Program-made: the position numbers and the translations under genes
Notes under the pieces: model-generated
The model's database searches: none
What the model was told of the DNA's origin: nothing
What the model saw: only the letters and a program-made list of their open reading frames with translations
Source: Bdellovibrionota bacterium
GTDB taxonomy: Bacteria > Bdellovibrionota_C > UBA2361 > CALJRW01
Length of the DNA stretch: 64,000 nucleotides
Assembly: GCA_041740355.1 (NCBI GenBank)
Contig: JBGSMD010000038.1
Span: 96,001-160,000 of the forward strand
Direction: 5' to 3'
Part shown: positions 53,152 to 63,670 of the stretch, piece after piece
Layout of the letters: each line of letters starts with the position of its first letter
How positions within the stretch are numbered: position 1 is the stretch's first letter

Positions 53152-53706
53152 ATGTCTAATATAAAGAAAAAATATATCGAAGAAGTTGCTCCGGCACTTA
53201 AAGAACAATTTAAATACAAGTCTGTAATGCAAGTTCCAAAATTGCAGAAGATTGTACTTAATGCTGGTGTTGGTGAAGCTGCTTCAAACAGTAAAGCCAT
53301 TGAGAATGTTGTTTACGCAATGACTCAAATCGCTGGACAGAAGCCGATTGTAACTAAAGCAAAGAAATCAATTTCTAACTTTAAACTTCGTCAAGGGATG
53401 CCAATTGGTTGTGCTGTAACACTTCGCGGAAAAGCGATGTATGACTTTCTTGAGCGTTTAATTGTTGTTGCCTTACCTCGAGTTCGTGACTTTCGCGGTG
53501 TTCCGACACGTGGATTTGACGGAAGAGGGAATTACACAATGGGAATGAAAGAACAAACTGTATTTCCTGAAGTTGATTCAGATAAATTAGATAAAGTTCG
53601 TGGACTTGATGTTACTTTTGTTACTACTGCTAGTACTAATGAAGAATCTCAGTCATTACTTGCCAATTTGGGCTTACCGTTTAGAAAAGATAAAATTAAC
53701 AACTAG
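53152..53706 (+). CDS. rplE: 50S ribosomal protein L5
   Basis: [31 protein letters not shown]. Confidence 0.98.
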   Translation: MSNIKKKYIEEVAPALKEQFKYKSVMQVPKLQKIVLNAGVGEAASNSKAIENVVYAMTQIAGQKPIVTKAKKSISNFKLRQGMPIGCAVTLRGKAMYDFLERLIVVALPRVRDFRGVPTRGFDGRGNYTMGMKEQTVFPEVDSDKLDKVRGLDVTFVTTASTNEESQSLLANLGLPFRKDKINN

Positions 53707-53714
53707 GAGTTTTT

Positions 53715-53900
53715 GTGGCTAAAAAATCATTAATTAATAAATGTAACAGCAAACCTAAGTTTGAAGTTCAAGCTTATAACCGTTGCCAAGCATGTGGACG
53801 TTCTCGCGCAGTTTTAAGACATTTCAAGCTTTGCCGAATTTGTTTTAGAGAAATGGCGGTACAGGGTTTGTTGCCAGGTGTAACTAAATCTAGCTGGTAA
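53715..53900 (+). CDS. rpsN: 30S ribosomal protein S14, short Zn-binding (C+) type
   Basis: 61 aa, [23 protein letters not shown]; GTG start. Confidence 0.96.
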   Translation: MAKKSLINKCNSKPKFEVQAYNRCQACGRSRAVLRHFKLCRICFREMAVQGLLPGVTKSSW

Positions 53901-53982
53901 GAACTAAACAACAACTCTTGGGAATTGTGATACCTGAGATTGTTTAAACTTTAGAATCACTAAAAGAGTTTGGAGATAGAAA

Positions 53983-54381
53983 ATGATTAACGATACAATT
54001 GCGGACTTATTAACACGAATCAGAAACGCTCAAATGGCGAAGCATGAAACAGTGTTAGTGCCTGCTACAAAAATGACGAAGAATGTTTTGGACGTACTAA
54101 TTGCCGAAGGATTTATTGGTAGTGTAGAAGAGAAACAAGGTGATAACGGTTTCCCAAAGTATCACGTTCAATTGAAGTTTTATGCTGATGGTGAACCATT
54201 AATCAATTCTCTAAAAAGAGTTAGCAAGCCCGGCTGTCGCGTTTACAAACGTGTTCAAGACTTGGAAAAAATCAAGAGTGGAATGGGTGTAGCTATCATT
54301 AGCACATCTCAAGGAGTGTTCTCTGATCGTGAAGCGCGATTAAGAAACATTGGTGGTGAAATTTTAGCAATCATTGGATAG
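53983..54381 (+). CDS. rpsH: 30S ribosomal protein S8
   Basis: D.IADLLTRIRNA, RVSKPG.RVY, STSQGV. Confidence 0.98.
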   Translation: MINDTIADLLTRIRNAQMAKHETVLVPATKMTKNVLDVLIAEGFIGSVEEKQGDNGFPKYHVQLKFYADGEPLINSLKRVSKPGCRVYKRVQDLEKIKSGMGVAIISTSQGVFSDREARLRNIGGEILAIIG

Positions 54382-54385
54382 TAGA

Positions 54386-54940
54386 ATGTCTAGAATCGGA
54401 AAAAAACCAATTAATTTACCTGCAAAAGTTGAGATTGCTGTGAATGGCAATACTGTAACAGTTAAAGGACCAAGAGGAAGTTTAGATTGTACTTTGTCTC
54501 AGAATGTTGAAGTTCAGAAACAAGAGAATCAAGTTGTTTTTGGATTAACAAAATCTTGTAACCCAAACAGCCCACAAGTTAAAGCTGATTTTGGAACTAG
54601 CCGTGCTTTGGTTAACACTTGCATCGTAGGTGTTACTGAAGGGTGGAAAAGAGGATTAGAGCTTCAAGGTGTTGGATTCAACGCTAAGCTTGCTGGCAAA
54701 GAGTTAACTCTTTCTGTTGGTTATTCTCACCCAGTAGTGTTCGCAGTACCAGAAGGTGTTACTTGCACAGTGGATAAGAATACTGCAATTTTTTTAGAGT
54801 CAAATAATAAACAACTAGTTGGTAACTTTGCTTCTAAAATTAGAAAGTCTTGCCCACCTGAGCCGTATCTTGGAAAAGGGATCCGTTATGCTGGTGAGCA
54901 AGTAAGAAGAAAAGCTGGTAAAACTGGTGGTAAGAAATAA
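54386..54940 (+). CDS. rplF: 50S ribosomal protein L6
   Basis: MSRIGKKPI (ATG 54386), GYSHP, PEPYLGKGIRY. Confidence 0.98.
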   Translation: MSRIGKKPINLPAKVEIAVNGNTVTVKGPRGSLDCTLSQNVEVQKQENQVVFGLTKSCNPNSPQVKADFGTSRALVNTCIVGVTEGWKRGLELQGVGFNAKLAGKELTLSVGYSHPVVFAVPEGVTCTVDKNTAIFLESNNKQLVGNFASKIRKSCPPEPYLGKGIRYAGEQVRRKAGKTGGKK

Positions 54941-54964
54941 ATAAGATTTAAATAGAGGATCGTC

Positions 54965-55336
54965 ATGGGACTTAAAGAAATTAAGCAAAGAGAAGTAAGA
55001 AGAACTAGAAGTAAGTATAAGATTCGTAAGAAGGTTAATGGTACAGAAGCTAAGCCTCGTGTATCAATCTTTAAGAGCTCACTTCACACTTATGCTCAAG
55101 TTATTTCTGATGTGACTGGTAGCACTTTAGTTGCTGCTTCTACAAAAGATAAAGATTTTCAAACTACAGCTAGCACTAAAAGTGTTGACTCTGCTAAATT
55201 AGTAGGGGAATTACTTGCTAAAAAAATGCAAGCTAAAGGTATTGATGCTGCAGTATTTGACCGTAATGGTTTTAAGTATGTTGGACGAGTTAAAGCGGTT
55301 GCTGAAGGACTTCGTTCTGCTGGATTCAAGATTTAA
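54965..55336 (+). CDS. rplR: 50S ribosomal protein L18
   Basis: [27 protein letters not shown]. Confidence 0.97.
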   Translation: MGLKEIKQREVRRTRSKYKIRKKVNGTEAKPRVSIFKSSLHTYAQVISDVTGSTLVAASTKDKDFQTTASTKSVDSAKLVGELLAKKMQAKGIDAAVFDRNGFKYVGRVKAVAEGLRSAGFKI

Positions 55337-55347
55337 TTATAAAAGTT

Positions 55348-55884
55348 ATGAAAACTAAAGAAAAAATTTCTAGAAAGAAAATTAGCACTCAAGATTGTGG
55401 TGAGTTAACAGATAAAACTGTAGCCGTTAATCGCGTAGCTAAAGTTGTTAAAGGTGGACGTCGTTTTAGTTTCAACGCACTAGTTGTTACTGGCGATGGA
55501 CAAGGTCACGTAGGATTTGGAACTGGTAAAGCACAAGAAGTTCCTGATGCAATTCGTAAGGCATCTGAAGCTGCTCGAAAAAACATCGTTAAAGTACCGA
55601 TGAATGGCGGAACTATTCCTCATGAAGTAATTGCTGAATTTGGACCTGCTCACGTAATCTTAAAGCCTGCTTCTCCTGGTACAGGGGTAATTGCTGGTTC
55701 GGTAGTACGTGCTGTTGCTGAAGCTGCTGGTATTCATGACATCCGTACTAAGTGTATCGGATCGACAAGTGCTAACAACACTATTATGGCAGTATTAAGT
55801 GGTTTCTTAAGTCTTAGAAGCCCAGAAGAAACTGCATCTCTACGTGGTAAAACACTAGAAGATTTAAATTATAGCGCTTATTAA
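55348..55884 (+). CDS. rpsE: 30S ribosomal protein S5
   Basis: [30 protein letters not shown]. Confidence 0.98.
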   Translation: MKTKEKISRKKISTQDCGELTDKTVAVNRVAKVVKGGRRFSFNALVVTGDGQGHVGFGTGKAQEVPDAIRKASEAARKNIVKVPMNGGTIPHEVIAEFGPAHVILKPASPGTGVIAGSVVRAVAEAAGIHDIRTKCIGSTSANNTIMAVLSGFLSLRSPEETASLRGKTLEDLNYSAY

Positions 55885-55915
55885 TAAGCATAAATTTTTT
55901 ATATTGGATCAGAAG

Positions 55916-56104
55916 ATGTCTAGTAAATATTTAATTCGTCAAGTCCGTAGCAATAGCGGTCAGACAAAAAGAACAATCGCTACTTTAAAGAGTATTGGTC
56001 TTGGTAGGATCGGCAAAGAAATTGTTCTTAGCGCTGAAGATCCATGTATCCTTGGTAAGATTACTAAGCTTAAACACTTAGTTTATGTAACTGACGCAAA
56101 ATAA
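55916..56104 (+). CDS. rpmD: 50S ribosomal protein L30
   Basis: QVRS..G, TLKSIGL.RIG, G.I.K..HLV; synteny between rpsE and rplO. Confidence 0.9.
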   Translation: MSSKYLIRQVRSNSGQTKRTIATLKSIGLGRIGKEIVLSAEDPCILGKITKLKHLVYVTDAK

Positions 56105-56131
56105 TAAAAGTATAAACCTTAGGTAAATAAA

Positions 56132-56605
56132 ATGTCTGAACACAAACAACTTTCAACTTTAGCTCCAAATCCAGGTTCTGTTAAACCAAGAACTCGTAAG
56201 GGACGTGGTATCGGTTCTGGTACTGGTAAAACTGCTGGTAAAGGTCATAAAGGTCAAAAAGCTCGTGCTGGTGGAAGTATCCCTGCTTGGTTCGAAGGTG
56301 GAGCAATGCCTCTTTACCGTCGTTTACCAAAAGTAGGGTTTACTTCAATCCAAAAAGTTACTGGTATGAATCGTTTCAACTTAGTAAATTTAGATATTCT
56401 TGATCGTCATTTTGCTGATGGCTCGGTAGTTGATGCCGAAGCACTTTTTGCAGTAGGTTATGCTACTAAAAATTTTAACAAAGCTGGTGTTAAAGTATTA
56501 GCAAATGGTGAGATTACTAAAAAGCTAACTGTGAAAGTTAACGCTATTTCCGAAGAAGCAAAAGCAAAAATTGAAAAAGCAGGTGGGACTGTTGAGCTAG
56601 TATAG
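56132..56605 (+). CDS. rplO: 50S ribosomal protein L15
   Basis: GRGIGSGTGKTAGKGHKGQKAR, FEGG.MPLYRRLPK. Confidence 0.98.
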   Translation: MSEHKQLSTLAPNPGSVKPRTRKGRGIGSGTGKTAGKGHKGQKARAGGSIPAWFEGGAMPLYRRLPKVGFTSIQKVTGMNRFNLVNLDILDRHFADGSVVDAEALFAVGYATKNFNKAGVKVLANGEITKKLTVKVNAISEEAKAKIEKAGGTVELV

Positions 56606-56628
56606 TTTCAATCAATAATTATTAGTAG

Positions 56629-56671
56629 AAGCCATTGTTGATTCTGATTGGAGTCAACAATGGCTTTTTTT
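56629..56671 (+). terminator. Rho-independent terminator after rplO
   Basis: AAGCCATTGTTGATTC..GAGTCAACAATGGC followed by a T7 run. Confidence 0.88.
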
Positions 56672-56707
56672 GTTATTTAAAATCCTTGCTACATACTCTT
56701 ATGAATA

Positions 56708-57384
56708 ATGCAGGCTAGACGTACACCTATTACAGCAGTTATGATATATAGTATTGGAAACTTTTTCATCTTAAAAGGACAGTTAATCTATGTCGCTGAC
56801 ATTAGTAAAAGAAAAAATATAAATGGAAAAACAAATGCAAGAATGCGATGTATCTTTGAAAACGGAACAGAGTCAAACCTTTTATTACGGTCATTGGCCA
56901 GAGAACTCTACAGGAACGGAAGGCGTGTTACGGAAATATATGAAAATCTGCTAAATGCTTTTGATAATATCGAAATTAATGACATCGACTCTGGATTTAT
57001 TTATGTTCTAAAAACATTAAGTACTGACCCATTGATAAACAGAATTAATAATCTCTATAAAATTGGTTATTCAAAAACTTCTATTGAAAAAAGAATTCAA
57101 AATGCAATCGATGATCCCACATACCTAATGGCACCTGTAAAAATTATTAGTACTTTTCAGTGCTTTAACTTGAACCCTCAAAAGCTGGAATTGTTACTCC
57201 ATAACTTCTTTGGTAGCTCCTGCCTAAATATTGATATTTTTGATAAAAATGGACTGCGCCACTCTCCAAGAGAATGGTTTGTCGCCCCCTAGATGTAATT
57301 GAACAAGCAATCCATTTCATTTTGAACGGTGAAATTGTTGACTATCGCTATGACCACACAGAGCAAAAGATTATAGGAAAATAA
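56708..57384 (+). pseudogene. Truncated, frameshifted GIY-YIG (T5orf172/MUG113-like) nuclease gene
   Basis: GFIYVL, LYKIGYS, EKRI.NA..DPTYLMAPV, LELLLHNFF, PREWF; one more C in the C5 run near 57285 would continue LDVIEQAI...YRYD to TAA 57382-84. Confidence 0.75.
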
Positions 57385-57448
57385 TTACAGTAAACCCCAA
57401 ATTGATGTTAATAGAAAACTTAAAATAATTCTATTCTATAAAATTAAA

Positions 57449-58915
57449 ATGGAAAACCAAATCCCTCCTTCATCTAAATGTCCTTGTGGTAGTAGCAAGA
57501 AGTATAAAAAATGTTGTGGAGCTAATTCTGACTCTAATCTAGAGCAAAAGTATCGCTTGATTAGAGAAACTGAGAACTCGGTTTTTATAAAGAGCTTTGA
57601 AATTATTCATGATGACTTTCCTGAAATATTTGAGGAGGCATTAGATACCTTTGCACGAACAACAGGCGAAGCCCCTGAAGATATTGATGCAACTAGTGAA
57701 GAAGTAATTCAACACCTTTTTTCTTACTGGCTAATAGGGTCTTTCCCGGGTTTTTTAAAAGTTCAGTCTGGCAAAAATATCTATCTGACTTTTGGTGAAT
57801 TCGTAACGATTAAGAATTCTAGATATAATAAATATTTTAATCATGCAGAGCAATTATTTTTAAGTGCAAATTCCAGGAGTATCACTTCTTGGTTCCAGGT
57901 AAATCAAGTTAATCCAAGTGTTGGTTTAGAACTTAAGGACTTGTTTACTGATTCAAACTTTGAAATAAGAGAATCAGCAGCTTCTCAAATCTTGTCCCGT
58001 GGATCAATTATTTTTGCTCGTGTAGTTAATCTATATGGCATTAATTTTCTTGCGGGAATATCTCCATATCCCTTAAATGAAAGCGACTTATTAGTAGTAA
58101 TTAAGGCTCGGAACGCACTGTTAAAAGAGTTTAAAAATTTTGTTGATCAGGAGGAACTGCCACTATGGTTTACTAGAGATATTGCTCGGATTAAGGTCTT
58201 TAGTGAATTGATTTCTAGTAATATTGAAATATCGAATCTACCCTTAAGCATTAATAACACCGATGGTGACCCGATGGAATTTTTGGATGTAGTTTTTAAA
58301 ATTCACGATTCAGTAGAAGACGTTTTGACCAAGCTAAAGCAGAAAATTGAAGCTTGTGATAATATTTCTTTAGAGGAACTGATTGTCCGTTGGAATAAGT
58401 TAAGTGTTGCGAAACAAAATAAAGTTGGACTAAAATTTGATTTGTTTGAGAAGGGTAAGAATAAGGCCTTAGAGACAATTATTGTGGGGCGTGCAACCAT
58501 TTATAAAAATTCATTAATTGTCGAAGTTAATTCTTCGAGGCGAGCTAAGAAAATTAGACAAGAATTTACTAAAATCTTGGGAAATAGTTGTAAGCCATTA
58601 ATTGTTCCCCATTTAGATCGAGACGAAGAAAATGAGAAGATTTCTGAAAACACAGATTTATTGCACAGTCCTGAATTTATTAAAGAGCTAACAGAGAAGG
58701 GGCGCCAGCATATTGAAATGTGGTACAAAACTAAAATTCCGATGTTGGATAATAAAACCCCAATTCAAGCCGCTAAAACTAAGCAAGGAAGGGAGCTCTT
58801 GGAGGCTTTGCTGATTTACTATGAGAAAATGGAAAGTAAAAATTCGCCGCAGAATTTAAGTAAGTATTTTAGTCCCAATCCAGAGGAAGTTCGAATTCGG
58901 CTTGGGTTAAGATAG
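57449..58915 (+). CDS. SEC-C motif protein with a C-terminal Xre/MbcA/ParS-like (DUF2384-like) domain
   Basis: CPCGSSKKYKKCC at the N-terminus; NTDGDP; W....IPML..KTP.QAA.T..GR..LEALL at the C-terminus. Confidence 0.8.
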   Translation: MENQIPPSSKCPCGSSKKYKKCCGANSDSNLEQKYRLIRETENSVFIKSFEIIHDDFPEIFEEALDTFARTTGEAPEDIDATSEEVIQHLFSYWLIGSFPGFLKVQSGKNIYLTFGEFVTIKNSRYNKYFNHAEQLFLSANSRSITSWFQVNQVNPSVGLELKDLFTDSNFEIRESAASQILSRGSIIFARVVNLYGINFLAGISPYPLNESDLLVVIKARNALLKEFKNFVDQEELPLWFTRDIARIKVFSELISSNIEISNLPLSINNTDGDPMEFLDVVFKIHDSVEDVLTKLKQKIEACDNISLEELIVRWNKLSVAKQNKVGLKFDLFEKGKNKALETIIVGRATIYKNSLIVEVNSSRRAKKIRQEFTKILGNSCKPLIVPHLDRDEENEKISENTDLLHSPEFIKELTEKGRQHIEMWYKTKIPMLDNKTPIQAAKTKQGRELLEALLIYYEKMESKNSPQNLSKYFSPNPEEVRIRLGLR

Positions 58916-60121
58916 GATAGTTTCCCAAGGAATCATTGTGATATTTTTGGTAATTTTATTAACTTCTTGAATTGGTGCGAAAATTAAAAAATTTGCCGAA
59001 GGGTATTTTTTTAAAAAACTATTGATACTTCTTAGCTCATAGTTAGAAGGCTCAGTTGATTTAAAATATAAATTTATTCCTGTAATCTTTTCTTTGGTTT
59101 TAATGACTAGATCGACAGTTGACTTGGAGTCAGAAGAATAGTGAAAGATTTCTGGTGTCATTTGACCATAATTTTGAAATTGAGAATATATTTCATTTAA
59201 TAAGAATATTTTATGTTGAAGTTTTTCGGAAATCGGGTTTTTGATATCTAGCCAATAATTGAGGAGTGCTGTATCAAATATTGAATATTGATTGTGAGCT
59301 GTTCGATTTGCATAGTTAGGTAATTTATAAATAATAAACAAAGATTCTAAGGCATTGATATGTTTTTGAACACTAAGTCTGGATGTTGAAATTTCCTTTG
59401 CTAAAACGCTAATATTTACTAAAGGCTCATGTGCGATTAATCTTAAAATTTCAATTGCTATTGATCCATTTAGGTTATTAAGATTTAGTTCTTGAATATC
59501 TCGATAGCAGATAGTTTGAATCCAGTTTTCAATTTGAAGAGATCGTTCTATTTTGTCGCCAAGTCCACAAAAAATAGGGATGCCACCTCTTTCTAACCAA
59601 GTGTCTTTATGTTTTTTTAGATTGACATTGTTTACTTTTAAATTGATTTTTCCGTTTAGTAAGTCGATCAATTGTCGTGCTGGCTTTGATTTGCTTAGCT
59701 CGCTAATGTTTAGTGGATAGAGCCTGTTAAGGCCAATTCTTCCAGTCAATGATTCACGGACTCCAGAAATATTTGAAAATTCTACTGAACCCGAAACCGT
59801 AAATAGTCCAATCCTTCTATTCTGATCTACTAAAAATTTTATTGAATCAAAAAGACGCGGTGCTTTTTGTATCTCATCGATAATAATTTTTTTTGTTAAA
59901 TTTTCAGTGTGTCGGATTAAGAAATCTTCCGGTGATTTTTTTGCTTTTTGTAACTCGATACTGGAGTCTAGGGTAATATAAGTAGCATTTAATTTATGTG
60001 CCCACTCATGAATTAAGAACGTACTCTTTCCAACTTGTCGAGGGCCAAGCAGGCCTAAAACAGGGAAGATTTTACTTTTTTTTGTGAAGATCTTGGCGAT
60101 CTCTCTTTTTCTTAGGTGCAT
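58907..60121 (-). CDS. AAA_14 ATPase with DUF4143 domain
   Basis: GPRQVGKST, IIDEIQK, SGS, ESLTGR, GG.P, FDTAL, VDLVI. Confidence 0.88.
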   Translation of the reverse strand: MHLRKREIAKIFTKKSKIFPVLGLLGPRQVGKSTFLIHEWAHKLNATYITLDSSIELQKAKKSPEDFLIRHTENLTKKIIIDEIQKAPRLFDSIKFLVDQNRRIGLFTVSGSVEFSNISGVRESLTGRIGLNRLYPLNISELSKSKPARQLIDLLNGKINLKVNNVNLKKHKDTWLERGGIPIFCGLGDKIERSLQIENWIQTICYRDIQELNLNNLNGSIAIEILRLIAHEPLVNISVLAKEISTSRLSVQKHINALESLFIIYKLPNYANRTAHNQYSIFDTALLNYWLDIKNPISEKLQHKIFLLNEIYSQFQNYGQMTPEIFHYSSDSKSTVDLVIKTKEKITGINLYFKSTEPSNYELRSINSFLKKYPSANFLIFAPIQEVNKITKNITMIPWETILS

Positions 60122-60127
60122 TTTTAT

Positions 60128-60181
60128 AGTTTAATTTAGTGCCAAGGATATTGCAAGATTTTTTTTATTATCCTTGGCACT
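60128..60181 (-). promoter_or_regulatory. Promoter TTGCAA-N17-TAAACT overlapped by a 13-bp inverted repeat
   Basis: -35 at 60156-60151, -10 at 60133-60128; perfect IR AGTGCCAAGGATA (60138-50)/TATCCTTGGCACT (60169-81). Confidence 0.6.
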
Positions 60182-60398
60182 TTAAAGTTAACATGTTGTT
60201 ATTGTTGAAAATAAGTCTAATTATTAATATTTATCTTTGGAATTGCGTTTAGCACTCATAACTAAAGACTGTCCTATATATTGCATTTGTTAAATAGGAC
60301 TTAGAAGATAGAACGTGATTAGAAAGATTTTTACTGTAAATTCAAGTGTTCTATGGTAATAAACTCAGGCATAAGTTTTAGCATTATAGCATTTCCTT

Positions 60399-61535
60399 AT
60401 GCCGTCTGTACCAGTTGTTCAATCCCCTTCAGAAAGTTCTAAGTTACCCACATTACCAACCGAAAGTTTTTTAAGTACGGTTACTTTGCTAGCTGCTTTA
60501 TGTTGTTGTCATCGCAATGAAATTAGAAAAGTTAAAGATAAGCCCAGAAAATTTGCCTGCTTAAAGGGCTTAAAAAAGATTGACCCTGAACTAAAAAGTA
60601 AGTGGCGACTGACAGATTACACGAAAGGGGATTTTAAAAGTGCCTGCAAGTTTAGAAAATCAAGCATTTCGGAACGTCCAGCACGTGTAGTCGGAGAGGT
60701 TAATTTACATGAGTATGTCGCTCCGCTCTTAAATCTTTCTAGGGAGTCCCAGTTTAATGGTTGTCGTATTTTACACTTAAGTGACATCCATTTGCAGTTT
60801 AAAGATCGCCGATCATTGAATCAGTTGGTGGCAATTGCCAGAGAACTTCCAAAATTAAATATTGATTTTTTAGCTATTACTGGTGATTTAGTTGATGGGA
60901 AAAAAAGTGATTTGGGAGACGAGGGATTGGCAGCGCTGCGTTTATTAAGACATAATGTCCCGAGAGCATTCTTTGTTGCTGGCAATCATGATTATGACGC
61001 GGGAATTGATCACGTTATTGAGACTGTAAAACGTGCAAAGATCGAAGTCTTAATCAATCAGCATGTTATTTTAGAAAAAGGTAGCGATCGCTTAGAAATT
61101 ATTGGACTGGATGATGTTTATCATCAGATTAGAAAAGATGCCCATTTTTTTAAGAAAGGTAATATTAGTGTAAATTCTTTGGTGGAAGATCATCCCACAG
61201 TTGTCTTAGCACATTCCATTGACTCCTTGTCTGATGCCGATTATCCAGCATTAGATTTAGTCTTTAGTGGTCACACTCATGGATTAATGCTAAAGGGTCT
61301 ACCGTTTCGTAAAGAATATTTAAAGTTTCATCCTGGAGAGAAATTACTCTATGATCATAATAATCAACATTCTGGTTGGAAGGCTTTAACTCCCAGAACA
61401 CTTTCATTTGTATCCAACGGCTTTACTGATGCGCACCGGCGTGGAATTAAGAAAGGCCATCCATTTATACAAGCTTCAGAGGCAACGATCATTGAATTAA
61501 GATCATATCAAGAGTTCTTTGAGGAACGGCAATAA
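60399..61535 (+). CDS. Calcineurin-like metallophosphoesterase (YkuE-like)
   Basis: LSDIH, TGDLVD, GNHD, LAH, SGHTHG. Confidence 0.88.
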   Translation: MPSVPVVQSPSESSKLPTLPTESFLSTVTLLAALCCCHRNEIRKVKDKPRKFACLKGLKKIDPELKSKWRLTDYTKGDFKSACKFRKSSISERPARVVGEVNLHEYVAPLLNLSRESQFNGCRILHLSDIHLQFKDRRSLNQLVAIARELPKLNIDFLAITGDLVDGKKSDLGDEGLAALRLLRHNVPRAFFVAGNHDYDAGIDHVIETVKRAKIEVLINQHVILEKGSDRLEIIGLDDVYHQIRKDAHFFKKGNISVNSLVEDHPTVVLAHSIDSLSDADYPALDLVFSGHTHGLMLKGLPFRKEYLKFHPGEKLLYDHNNQHSGWKALTPRTLSFVSNGFTDAHRRGIKKGHPFIQASEATIIELRSYQEFFEERQ

Positions 61536-61601
61536 TATTAGCAGTGACTTTGAGAATTGCTGTTTTAAAATCTGTCGCTTATGATACCGAGCATAACTTG
61601 A

Positions 61602-62879
61602 TTGACTGTTAATTCTCTGTTTATGATTAAAAAGAATCTTTTTAACAGGAGTTTTATACAGATTATTTCTCTAGTAGCAGTTCTGATCTTTTTTTTGATA
61701 GTATCATATCTTGTCTTGGTAGATAGAAAGCCTAAGAGTCAGTTTAGGATATCGGCTTCTCGACCTTTGGGATCGGAATGTGGATTGCAAGATTCAGTTA
61801 TACCAAAAATGTCATCTGGTGGAAGTTGGGGAGGCCCTGCACACTACGATCCGACTAGAACGATGAACGCTAAGAAAAATAAATTTGGATGGTTTACGAT
61901 CAATTCAATTATTGGTTATGTTTCCTTTAGTCAAAAAGGAACGTTGCAAATTCGCTCCTACGATGACTTAAACGGGGAGGTATATTGTGGTTGGAGCTCT
62001 GCTAAGATTAACTTTGAATTATCGGGTAATCAATCGGAAAAAAAGTTTATTAGATTTCATACATGTATGGTGGGAGATGGGGATCATGGGGGAGATCAAG
62101 TTCATGAAATTTGTTGGTTTCCTGAGGGTGCCGCCAATGGGCAGATAATTTATTCTTCCGCCCACGACCCAAGAAAATCAACAAAACAAGAATTATCCAA
62201 TGCAGAAATGTATATAGAGAAGGATCTGCAAGATTTGGGCCTAGCAGTTATGATTATTCCCGCCTTAACAAGGGAATACAAACTAAAGAAAGCAAAGTTC
62301 ATTCTTGATCAAACTATAGGCAAATTTAAGTCTGGATCGACCGCGAAAGACCTGGAAGTTGGGCAACAAACTTTCGAACACCGGATGTTACCTGAGGACT
62401 GGCTAGCCGTGCTTCAGAATCAATTAGCATTTAGCATAATGGAGGGATCTATAGAATTATCCAAGAAAATACTAGCTGAAGTGGAAACATTTCTGAGGGA
62501 AAAGGAAGCTCTGAATTGTTATGATTGTAATCGCTACAAAAGTAACTTGCCATTGTATCGATGGTTATTGGATTATGGCAAAGGAAAGCGATTTGCTCAG
62601 AACCATCTATTAATAGAAGAGCCAGAAGAAAGGGTTAATGGTGACGTATATGGAGTTACTCAGTTTTTACTAAAAAAAACCTTACAAAGTGATTTTCTTA
62701 AATTTGGTGAAATAAATGGTTATTTTTGGGTAGGTCTTTCTTGCTATTTAGAGAAAGATTTCGAATGCGCCAAGGTGCAACTGAGTAAATTCATTAATGA
62801 GAATGATAATTTTGGTAACCCTTGGAGATTCCCATTTGAATTTCCCTTAGCTTGCATGCTCATGAACGAACTAAAATAG
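61602..62879 (+). CDS. Membrane-anchored hypothetical protein
   Basis: 425-aa ORF with an N-terminal TM and helical C-terminus; start may be ATG 61623. Confidence 0.7.
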   Translation: MTVNSLFMIKKNLFNRSFIQIISLVAVLIFFLIVSYLVLVDRKPKSQFRISASRPLGSECGLQDSVIPKMSSGGSWGGPAHYDPTRTMNAKKNKFGWFTINSIIGYVSFSQKGTLQIRSYDDLNGEVYCGWSSAKINFELSGNQSEKKFIRFHTCMVGDGDHGGDQVHEICWFPEGAANGQIIYSSAHDPRKSTKQELSNAEMYIEKDLQDLGLAVMIIPALTREYKLKKAKFILDQTIGKFKSGSTAKDLEVGQQTFEHRMLPEDWLAVLQNQLAFSIMEGSIELSKKILAEVETFLREKEALNCYDCNRYKSNLPLYRWLLDYGKGKRFAQNHLLIEEPEERVNGDVYGVTQFLLKKTLQSDFLKFGEINGYFWVGLSCYLEKDFECAKVQLSKFINENDNFGNPWRFPFEFPLACMLMNELK

Positions 62880-62927
62880 AAAACTTTTTTTAAACGGATA
62901 AATGTTTAACTTGGGCCAAGTAATAAG

Positions 62928-63575
62928 ATGAAGGTTGTACTAATTAGTGATACTCATAATCAACATTTAAGACTTTCCGAATTACCTTCTGCAGATATTA
63001 TCATTCACGCAGGAGATGCGACTGGTCTCGGGAAACGAAAAGAATTTATTGAATTTATTAGTTGGTATGGAAGTTTGACCTATTCCCATAAGATCTTCAT
63101 TGCTGGGAATCATGACTGGTGTCTAGACCCTAATTATTTAGGAGATTTAAAGAAAGAGGAGGCGGAGTTGCTTTGCCGAGAGGCCGGAATTATTTATTTG
63201 CTTGATCAGGCAATAGAAATCCAAAGCAAAGTTTTTTATGGCACACCTTGGCAACCATACTTTTTTAATTGGGCCTTTAATATCAAAAGTGAAGAGGAAC
63301 GAGCAAAAATCTACAGTCAAATTCCAATCAATACGGATTTTTTAATAACACATACTCCACCGGCAAAGATTTTAGATTCAAATAAATATGGTCTGTCATG
63401 TGGCTGTGAAGCTTTACTATCTGTAGTTCAAAAGGTTAAGCCACAATTCCATGTCTTTGGACATATTCACGAAGCTTATGGAAAAAAAGTAATTGCAGAT
63501 ACTACTTTTATCAATGCTGCTAACCTTGATGAATCTTATCGAATGAAAAATCCTCCATTTTTAATTGAGATTTAG
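62928..63575 (+). CDS. Metallophosphoesterase (MPPED/239FB-like)
   Basis: ISDTH, HAGD, IAGNHD, THTPP, GCE.L, HVFGHIHE. Confidence 0.9.
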   Translation: MKVVLISDTHNQHLRLSELPSADIIIHAGDATGLGKRKEFIEFISWYGSLTYSHKIFIAGNHDWCLDPNYLGDLKKEEAELLCREAGIIYLLDQAIEIQSKVFYGTPWQPYFFNWAFNIKSEEERAKIYSQIPINTDFLITHTPPAKILDSNKYGLSCGCEALLSVVQKVKPQFHVFGHIHEAYGKKVIADTTFINAANLDESYRMKNPPFLIEI

Positions 63576-63670
63576 CTAGTGCATTTCAACTTTAAAATAT
63601 AGCAATCACGTGAATTGATTTCCAAATTTAATTGGAATCTTTATGTATTTTATGACTAGGTCTTTTTAAG

